Origin: a virus | Direction: 5' to 3' (one strand) | DNA length: 64,000 nucleotides | Virus record (IMG/VR): IMGVR_UViG_3300044701_003269 | Location: 110,187 to 174,186 of that record | Translations under genes and position numbers: made by a program | The notes under the pieces: model-generated | The model's database searches: none | The model's input: only the letters and a program-made list of their open reading frames with translations | What the model was told of the DNA's origin: nothing | Shown here: positions 57,255 to 64,000 of the stretch, piece after piece | Numbering within the stretch: the first letter of the stretch is position 1 | Layout: every line of letters begins with the position of its first letter

Positions 57255-59759
57255 ATGAAACTAGTAGATCCTTTAGCACAGTCTTTTTATGTTGAACCGG
57301 AAAGTGGCATTTTTGCCACTTCGGTAGACTTATATTTTTTCTCCAGAGACCCAGAGTTGCCAGTTACCGTTCAATTAAGACCTATGCAATTAGGTCTTCC
57401 AACTAATGAAGTTTACCCATTCAGTGAGGTAGTAATTGATCCTAAGGATATTCAAATCTCTTCTGATGCATCCTTACCAACTAGAGTTACTTTTGAGTCG
57501 CCGGTTTATCTTGCAGGAAAACAATTTCACGCATTAGCTATATTATCTGCATCAAATATCTATAATGTATGGATATCTAGACTGACGGAAATTGATGTTA
57601 GCACAAATAATTTGGAAGATGAGGAGCAAGTTTTAGTTTCAAAGCAACCATTAACAGGTTCTTTATTCAAATCACAAAATGGTGTTACTTGGAATCCAAG
57701 TCAACTTGAAGATCTAAAATTCAAATTAAACAGAGCTAATTTTGTCGGTAGTGGTAATATAAACTTCTATAACCCAGATCTTAGTCTTGGAAATAATCAA
57801 ATAGCAACCTTAGTCAAAGATTCTTTGGAATTAAATTCCAAAAAAATAAAGGTGGGTATAGGAACAACTATTGCAAATTCAAAATTACCTTCTTTGGGAA
57901 ATACGATTATTCAAGCAAATAGTAATGGAACGGGCAATTTTGTAGGTTCAGCGGGATCTGCATTTGGGGATCTTGGTATAATTAATTCCGGTATAGGATA
58001 TACACCATCATCTGGAGCTTTTGTCTTTAATAATGTTTCTCTAAGATCTATAACAGGTAGTGGAAGAGATGCAAAAGCAAATATTACAATTGAAAATGGA
58101 GTTGCTATTGCCGCGACTATTTCTAATGGGGGAATGGGATATTCTGCCGGAGATGTTGTTGGCATAACTAGCATAGGATCTCAAAATTTGGGAACAAATC
58201 TAAGACTATCTGTTTCTGAAATTTCCGGAGTTAACGAATTAATTATAGATCAAGTTCAGGGAGAATATATAACAGGAGTAGGAAATACTTTAAGATTTAT
58301 TAATAATGCCGGAGTAACTACAGATTTAAATGGTACTGGAGCAAATGTTATTATTCCTGCCGATGGAATTGAAGTTATAAATGATGGATTGAACATTAAG
58401 GTATATCATAAAAATCATGGAATGAACTCAACTCAAAATTTGGTATCAATAAGTAATGTTGCTTCTGATTTAAAACCTACTAAACTATCTTTTGATTATA
58501 GTTCTACATCAACAGACTCTATCTCAATAGAAAGTGTCGAAATCGCAAGTTTTGATATTTTTGAAAATGTATCTGTGGCAGCAACAAATCCTGGATATAT
58601 TAGAATAGAAAATGAAATTATTTCGTATACTGGAGTTAATACTTCAGTATCTCCACCAGTCCTAACAGGAATTACTAGAGCAGTAGATCAAACAAATTCG
58701 TTTAACTACACTGCAGGAACTCCTGTATACAAATACGAACTTTCATCAGTATCTTTACGCAGAATTAATAAAACTCACAACTTTGAGGACGTTACTATTG
58801 CTGATCCATATGATTTGGATTTTTACAATATAAAATTGGATATGAGTGATCAAGATGGTAGAATGGCAAATAGGACTTTATCTGTTGGACTTCCCAAATT
58901 ATTTTTAAACGAATCAAAATCTGCAGGTGGTTCTGAAATCAATGCCACACAAAATATACCATTTGAATTGGTAAGACCAGTAGTTCAAACACTAACATTA
59001 AGAGGTACAAATATAAATGCTTCTTTGAGAACGGTTAGCGGAAGTAGTATATCTGGTAATGAAATACCTTTTATTGATCAAGGATTTGAACCTATTAGTT
59101 TGGACGCAACTAATTATTTTTCAACACCAAGATTGGTTGGAGCAAAGATAAATGAAAATCTAAGAAATACAAATTTACCAGCTAATAAATCACTAACATT
59201 AAATTTAAATCTATCAACAACCAACTCTTATATTTCTCCGGTTATTGATTTGGATAGGGTTGGTATGATCTTTACTTCAAACAGAGTCAATAGTCCAATA
59301 TTAGACTATGCTACAGATGATAGAGTTTCTACTTTGAAAGATGATCCAACTGCTTTTGTTTATGCAACTAAACCAATTTCCCTAGAAACACCAGCATCTT
59401 CTATTAAGATAATTCTGACAGCATATATCAATACCTATAGTGATTTAAGATGCTTCTACTCAATAACGCAAGAACCAAATTCAGAATTAATTTATTTCCC
59501 ATTCCCAGGGCATACAAATTTAACTCCAAGCGGAGATGTAATTAATGTAGCGGACAGTAATGGTTTATCGGATAGAAGAGTTTCGAAGACAGATCAAGTT
59601 GGATTTGACAACGATTCTCTAACAGACTTTAAAGAATATGAATTTACCGTAGAAAATTTACCTTCCTTTAGATATTTTGGTATTAAGTTAATTGGAACTT
59701 CAACAAATCAGGCTTATCCACCAAGAGTAAAAGATTTAAGGGTAATTGCATTAGCATGA
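57255..59759 (+). CDS. Virion structural protein, VrlC-like C-terminal part
   Basis: DPLAQSF, GSLFKSQNG.TW, EDLKF, SPVIDL, PRVKDLRVIALA. Confidence 0.85.
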   Translation: MKLVDPLAQSFYVEPESGIFATSVDLYFFSRDPELPVTVQLRPMQLGLPTNEVYPFSEVVIDPKDIQISSDASLPTRVTFESPVYLAGKQFHALAILSASNIYNVWISRLTEIDVSTNNLEDEEQVLVSKQPLTGSLFKSQNGVTWNPSQLEDLKFKLNRANFVGSGNINFYNPDLSLGNNQIATLVKDSLELNSKKIKVGIGTTIANSKLPSLGNTIIQANSNGTGNFVGSAGSAFGDLGIINSGIGYTPSSGAFVFNNVSLRSITGSGRDAKANITIENGVAIAATISNGGMGYSAGDVVGITSIGSQNLGTNLRLSVSEISGVNELIIDQVQGEYITGVGNTLRFINNAGVTTDLNGTGANVIIPADGIEVINDGLNIKVYHKNHGMNSTQNLVSISNVASDLKPTKLSFDYSSTSTDSISIESVEIASFDIFENVSVAATNPGYIRIENEIISYTGVNTSVSPPVLTGITRAVDQTNSFNYTAGTPVYKYELSSVSLRRINKTHNFEDVTIADPYDLDFYNIKLDMSDQDGRMANRTLSVGLPKLFLNESKSAGGSEINATQNIPFELVRPVVQTLTLRGTNINASLRTVSGSSISGNEIPFIDQGFEPISLDATNYFSTPRLVGAKINENLRNTNLPANKSLTLNLNLSTTNSYISPVIDLDRVGMIFTSNRVNSPILDYATDDRVSTLKDDPTAFVYATKPISLETPASSIKIILTAYINTYSDLRCFYSITQEPNSELIYFPFPGHTNLTPSGDVINVADSNGLSDRRVSKTDQVGFDNDSLTDFKEYEFTVENLPSFRYFGIKLIGTSTNQAYPPRVKDLRVIALA

Positions 59760-59765
59760 TAAATC

Positions 59766-59990
59766 ATGAACAAATCAAAAGTAGAAGGACACTCAAATCT
59801 AATTAGAGATGGTGAAACTAAAGCAATTATTAATACGAGCATGACGGACTATAACAACTATATTATGCAAAAAAAGTTAAAGGAAAAGGAAACTCAAAAA
59901 ATAAATTCAATTGAAAAAGAAGTTTCAAATATAAAAGATGACTTAAATGAAATTAAAAATCTTCTAAGGAGACTGGCAAATGAATCCTGA
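59766..59990 (+). CDS. Conserved small coiled-coil protein
   Basis: KVEGHSNLIRD...AIIN, typical upstream of neck genes. Confidence 0.75.
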   Translation: MNKSKVEGHSNLIRDGETKAIINTSMTDYNNYIMQKKLKEKETQKINSIEKEVSNIKDDLNEIKNLLRRLANES

Positions 59991-60144
59991 GCAACTTGTA
60001 TTGGAAGATTTAAGTAAAAATTTTGAATATTTTAAAATGGCAGCGGAAATAGATTCTCTAGAAAATATTGAGGATGTTAAAAATGTTGCAAAATGTTATT
60101 TCAAATTGTACTTAAAGCAACAAGAAATTATTTCCAAATTTTAA
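59980..60144 (+). CDS. Small hypothetical protein (54 aa)
   Basis: AGGAG SD; hand-called MNPEQLVLEDLSKNFEY... Confidence 0.6.
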   Translation: MNPEQLVLEDLSKNFEYFKMAAEIDSLENIEDVKNVAKCYFKLYLKQQEIISKF

Positions 60145-60192
60145 GTCATACTATATGATATTTTTACTAAATACTTCTAAAAGTAGAAATAA

Positions 60193-61041
60193 ATGGCTCA
60201 ACCATCTACCAGACAAGAATTAATTGATTATTGTAAGAGAAAACTAGGTGCTCCCGTTCTGGAAATTAATGTGGCAGACGAGCAAATAGAAGACTTGGTA
60301 GATGATGCTATTCAATTTTTCCAAGAGAGGCATTTTGATGGAGTTTACCCTACTTTTTTTAAATACAAATTAACTCAAAATGATATTGAAAGAGGAAGAG
60401 CAAGGGGAATAAATTCTTCTACTATTGGTATAACAACTACTAGTGTTTCAACATCGATTGCTGGTATTTCTACTACATTTAATTATGAAGAAAATGGAAA
60501 TTATTTACAAATGCCACCTTCAGTGATAGGAGTAAATAAGATTTTCCTTTTTGATGGTGCAAATAATATTACCAATAATATGTTCAGTGTTAAGTATCAA
60601 TTATTTTTAAATGATATTTATTATTGGGGGACGACTGAACTTCTGACTTATGCAATGGTAAAAACTTACCTCGAAGATTTAGATTTTCTCCTTAATACAC
60701 AAAAACAAATCAGATTTAATAAAAGGCAAGATAGATTATACTTAGATATTGATTGGTCTTCAGTAAGAAATGACCAGTATATTATAATAGACTGTTATGC
60801 AACTTTGGATCCAAATAGTTACAGTCAAGTTTGGAATGATTCTTTTATTAAACCATATCTAACTTCTCTGATTAAAAGACAGTGGGGACAAAATATGATG
60901 AAATTTAATGGAGTTAGACTTCCAGGTGGAGTGGAATTGAATGGAAGACAGATGTATGATGATGCTCAGAGAGAAATTGATATGTTGATGGAAAGAATGT
61001 CTAATACTTATGAATTACCACCTTATGATATGATAGGTTAA
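60193..61041 (+). CDS. gp13: Neck protein gp13
   Basis: LIDYCKRKLGAPVLEINV, ERHFDG, KRQWGQN, LPGGV. Confidence 0.95.
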   Translation: MAQPSTRQELIDYCKRKLGAPVLEINVADEQIEDLVDDAIQFFQERHFDGVYPTFFKYKLTQNDIERGRARGINSSTIGITTTSVSTSIAGISTTFNYEENGNYLQMPPSVIGVNKIFLFDGANNITNNMFSVKYQLFLNDIYYWGTTELLTYAMVKTYLEDLDFLLNTQKQIRFNKRQDRLYLDIDWSSVRNDQYIIIDCYATLDPNSYSQVWNDSFIKPYLTSLIKRQWGQNMMKFNGVRLPGGVELNGRQMYDDAQREIDMLMERMSNTYELPPYDMIG

Positions 61042-61045
61042 TCAT

Positions 61046-62428
61046 ATGCTTAATCCATTTTTTCAACAAGGTTCTTTTGGTGAACAAAGTTTAATTCAGG
61101 ATTTAATTAACGAACAACTTAAAATATATGGCGTAGATGTATACTATCTTCCAAGAAAGTATATAACGGAAAAAACTGTAATTAAAGAAGTAATAGAATC
61201 AAAATTTGATATATCGCACCCCATTGAGGCTTACATCGATAATTATGAAGGTTACGGTGGCAATGGAACAATTTTATCTAAGTTTGGAATTCAAGATGTT
61301 GATGACTTGACCTTGATTATTTCTAAAGATAGATTTGACACTTATATTGCCCCTTTAATTAGAAATAATCCTAATATAAAGTTAGGAAATAGACCAAAGG
61401 AGGGTGACTTAATTTATTTTCCTCTTGGCGATAGACTATTTGAGATAAAATATGTAGAACACGAAAAACCATTTTATCAACTTCAAAAAAATTATGTTTA
61501 TGAATTGAGATGCGAACTATTCAGATATGAAGATGAAGATTTAGATACTAGCATTGATTTTATAGATGATAATGTAGTAAATGAAGGCTATATTCAAACT
61601 TTAACTTTAATTGGAGCTGGAGTAACTGCAACTGCCATAACCTCAGTAGTTAATGGTGGAGTAAGATCTATTAGAGTTACTAATAGAGGAAATGGATATA
61701 CATCCACACCACAAGTAGCAATATCTTCAGCACCTTTCGGTGGCAGGAATGCTGTTGGGGTTGCAACTATGATTAATAGTTTAGTTGATTGTGTTGGAAT
61801 AAAATCTTCAAGAGTTCAAGGTGTAGAACTTATAAATCCTGGAATTGGATATACTTTAGCTCCAAATGTAGTTTTTGTTGGTGGCGGCGGATCTGGAGCT
61901 GCAGCAACATCTGTGATAGGAAATGGATTGGTTGGAATTGTAACAATAACAAATGGTGGTTCTGGATATACTAATATTTCACCACCAACTGTTACTTTTA
62001 GCGGTCCAGGAATAGGGACAACAGCTATTGGATATGCGGTAGTAAATTCTTCGGGTTCTATATCGCAGATTAGAATTTTAGATGCTGGGGTTGGATATAC
62101 GACAGCACCTACTATAACAATCGAATCTCCATATTCATCTGGTATTGGCACATATAAATTTAATGAAGAAATTATTGGATCCATAAGTGGTTCTTCTGCA
62201 AAAGTTAAGTCGTGGAACGTTGTCAGTAGAGAATTAAAAGTTTCAATAATTACTGGAACTTTTGTTCCGGGAGAAATAATAACTGGACAAGATAGTGGTG
62301 CTACTTATGAATTGCGTGTATTAAATACTGATAATATTGTTGATCCATATGCCGATAATGATAATATAGAGGAACTTGCTGACACTATAATAGATTTCAG
62401 TGAAAATAACCCATTTGGAATGCCATAA
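61046..62428 (+). CDS. gp14: Neck protein gp14 with an inserted repeat domain
   Basis: EQLKIYGVDVYYLPR, RPKEGDLIYFP, PFYQL, DFSENNPFG. Confidence 0.92.
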   Translation: MLNPFFQQGSFGEQSLIQDLINEQLKIYGVDVYYLPRKYITEKTVIKEVIESKFDISHPIEAYIDNYEGYGGNGTILSKFGIQDVDDLTLIISKDRFDTYIAPLIRNNPNIKLGNRPKEGDLIYFPLGDRLFEIKYVEHEKPFYQLQKNYVYELRCELFRYEDEDLDTSIDFIDDNVVNEGYIQTLTLIGAGVTATAITSVVNGGVRSIRVTNRGNGYTSTPQVAISSAPFGGRNAVGVATMINSLVDCVGIKSSRVQGVELINPGIGYTLAPNVVFVGGGGSGAAATSVIGNGLVGIVTITNGGSGYTNISPPTVTFSGPGIGTTAIGYAVVNSSGSISQIRILDAGVGYTTAPTITIESPYSSGIGTYKFNEEIIGSISGSSAKVKSWNVVSRELKVSIITGTFVPGEIITGQDSGATYELRVLNTDNIVDPYADNDNIEELADTIIDFSENNPFGMP

Positions 62429-62475
62429 ATATATTTTATTATAACTAAATTATAGTATTAACGAAGGATATAAAA

Positions 62476-63477
62476 ATGTTTGAATACTTTTACTACGAAA
62501 TCTTAAGAAGAACTGTTGTTTCCTTCGGTTCTTTGTTTAATAACATAACAATTAAACACGCAGATAATAGTGGTAATACTACTAGTATTATGAAGGTTCC
62601 TTTAGCTTATGGACCAACTCAAAAGTTTTTAGCTAGATTAGAACAGTCACCAAATTTAAATAAACCAGTTCAAATGAGTTTGCCTAGAATGTCATTTGAA
62701 CTTATTGGTTTATCATATGACTCTGCTAGAAAATCTACAACTACTCAAACTTTTATAACTTCACCAACATCAAATAAAAAACAAGAGAAAAAAGCATATT
62801 TACCTGTTCCATATAATTTGGATTTTGAACTAAGTGTGATGACCAAACTAAATGACGATATGCTACAAATAGTAGAACAGATTTTGCCATATTTTCAACC
62901 CTCATACACTATTACAATTGATCTAGTAAAGGAAATTGGTGAGAAAAGGGATGTTCCTGTTGTTTTGAATAGCATTAGTATGTCAGATGATTATGAAGGT
63001 GATTTTTCAACCAGAAGAGCACTAATTTATACACTAAGATTTACAGCAAAAACTTATCTCTTTGGACCAATTTCTACTGCATCTTCCGATATCATCAAAA
63101 AAGTATCTGTTGGATTTGTTGCTGGACACAAAACAGATACTCCATCTAGAGATCTTGTTTATAGTGTTGAAAAGAGAGCAATAAAAGACTATACGGGAGA
63201 AGTTACAACTACTCTATCCACAAATATTTCAGAAATTGATACCATCATTGAAGTTACTGATGCAACAAATATTCCTGAGAATAGTTATATTTACATCGAT
63301 GAGGAAGAAATTTTTGTAGATTCAAAAACAGGAAATAAACTAACGGTAATTAGAGGTGCAGACAATACGACAGCTGCAGAACATGTATCTGGAACTGGAG
63401 TTAAAAAGATAACTCAAGAAGATAATCAATTAATAGAAGTTGGTGACGATTTTGGATTTAGTGGTTCGCTATCATGA
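62476..63477 (+). CDS. gp15: Tail sheath stabiliser/terminator gp15
   Basis: FGSLFN, VPLAYGPTQKFL, LPRMSFE, EQILPYFQP, DDYEGDF. Confidence 0.95.
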   Translation: MFEYFYYEILRRTVVSFGSLFNNITIKHADNSGNTTSIMKVPLAYGPTQKFLARLEQSPNLNKPVQMSLPRMSFELIGLSYDSARKSTTTQTFITSPTSNKKQEKKAYLPVPYNLDFELSVMTKLNDDMLQIVEQILPYFQPSYTITIDLVKEIGEKRDVPVVLNSISMSDDYEGDFSTRRALIYTLRFTAKTYLFGPISTASSDIIKKVSVGFVAGHKTDTPSRDLVYSVEKRAIKDYTGEVTTTLSTNISEIDTIIEVTDATNIPENSYIYIDEEEIFVDSKTGNKLTVIRGADNTTAAEHVSGTGVKKITQEDNQLIEVGDDFGFSGSLS

Positions 63478-63905
63478 AAATGACTAAAAAATTTGAAGAT
63501 TTAAACGAAACTTTTAATGTTTCCGGAGAAATAGTAGAAACAGAAAAAGTTTCTGAAATAAGCGTTCAAGAAAATAAAAATCCAGTTGATGATGTAAAAA
63601 AAGATTATGAGTATACAAGAGGAAATCTTTATTCCCTAATAGAGAAAGGTCAAGAGGCTATAAATGGAATTCTAGAACTAGCACAAGAAAGTGAAATGCC
63701 TAGAGCATATGAAGTTGCGGGTCAATTAATTAAAAATGTTGCAGATGCCACAGATAAATTGATGGACCTTCAAAAGAAATTAAAAGATGTTGAAGAAGAA
63801 AAAGTATCAAGGGGCCCAACTACAGTAAATAATGCACTGTTTGTTGGTTCGACTGCAGATTTGGCAAAGTTTCTAAAACAACAAACTGAAAATGAAAACA
63901 TTTAG
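63474..63905 (+). CDS. gp16: Terminase small subunit gp16
   Basis: DYEYTRGNL, PRAYEVAGQLIK, NNALFVGST. Confidence 0.92.
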   Translation: MKMTKKFEDLNETFNVSGEIVETEKVSEISVQENKNPVDDVKKDYEYTRGNLYSLIEKGQEAINGILELAQESEMPRAYEVAGQLIKNVADATDKLMDLQKKLKDVEEEKVSRGPTTVNNALFVGSTADLAKFLKQQTENENI

Positions 63906-64000
63906 GCAGTTTAAAGAAGAGTGGACTAATAAATATAAAAAGAGTATTGATTGCTCAAACCCAAAAGGTTTTTCTCAACGTGCTCACTGTGCGGCAAGAA
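63892..64000 (+). CDS. Hypothetical protein, 3'-truncated by the window
   Basis: MKTFRQFKEEWTNKYKKSIDCSNPKGFSQRAHCAAR. Confidence 0.65.
   Translation, partial: MKTFRQFKEEWTNKYKKSIDCSNPKGFSQRAHCAAR

Noticed and set aside
227-62184. Minus-strand ORFs in the six-frame track, including several starting MELSNFN
   Set aside because: All are shadows of + strand genes or of the repeat's reverse complement; no recognisable motifs or ribosome-binding sites.
1-64000. tRNA or rRNA genes, group I introns, inteins
   Set aside because: No cloverleaf/T-loop signature, intron core or intein motif recognised by eye. A tRNAscan/Infernal run would be needed to exclude them formally.

Overview
A 64-kb segment of a T4-like myovirus, most likely a cyanophage of the Kyanoviridae type. 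All credible genes are on the + strand. (1) 1-3.4 kb: auxiliary genes (two 2OG-Fe(II) oxygenases, a beta-propeller glycosidase-like protein, a TPR/FkbM-like methyltransferase). (2) 3.4-33 kb: an accessory early region of dozens of small ORFs plus a ParB-like protein, three free-standing endonucleases, an SF2 helicase, an apparent type II restriction-modification pair and a ligase-fold protein. (3) 33-64 kb: a glycosyltransferase and the conserved late structural block gp25-gp6-gp7-gp8-(split VrlC-like protein)-gp13-gp14-gp15-gp16. The most striking unexplained structure is a dispersed 36-bp direct repeat, consensus AATTAAAGTTACTTAGCTCCAAAGYGGACCTATAGT. I found 16 full copies and one truncated copy, all in the same orientation between 4.6 and 31.8 kb. 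It usually overlaps the stop codon of one gene and abuts the ATG of the next, dividing the region into gene cassettes. A second novel-looking element is a conserved, covarying RNA-like structure upstream of two unrelated endonucleases, whose loop is complementary to the bases just before the nuclease start codon. All protein assignments are by motif recognition only; no searches were run.
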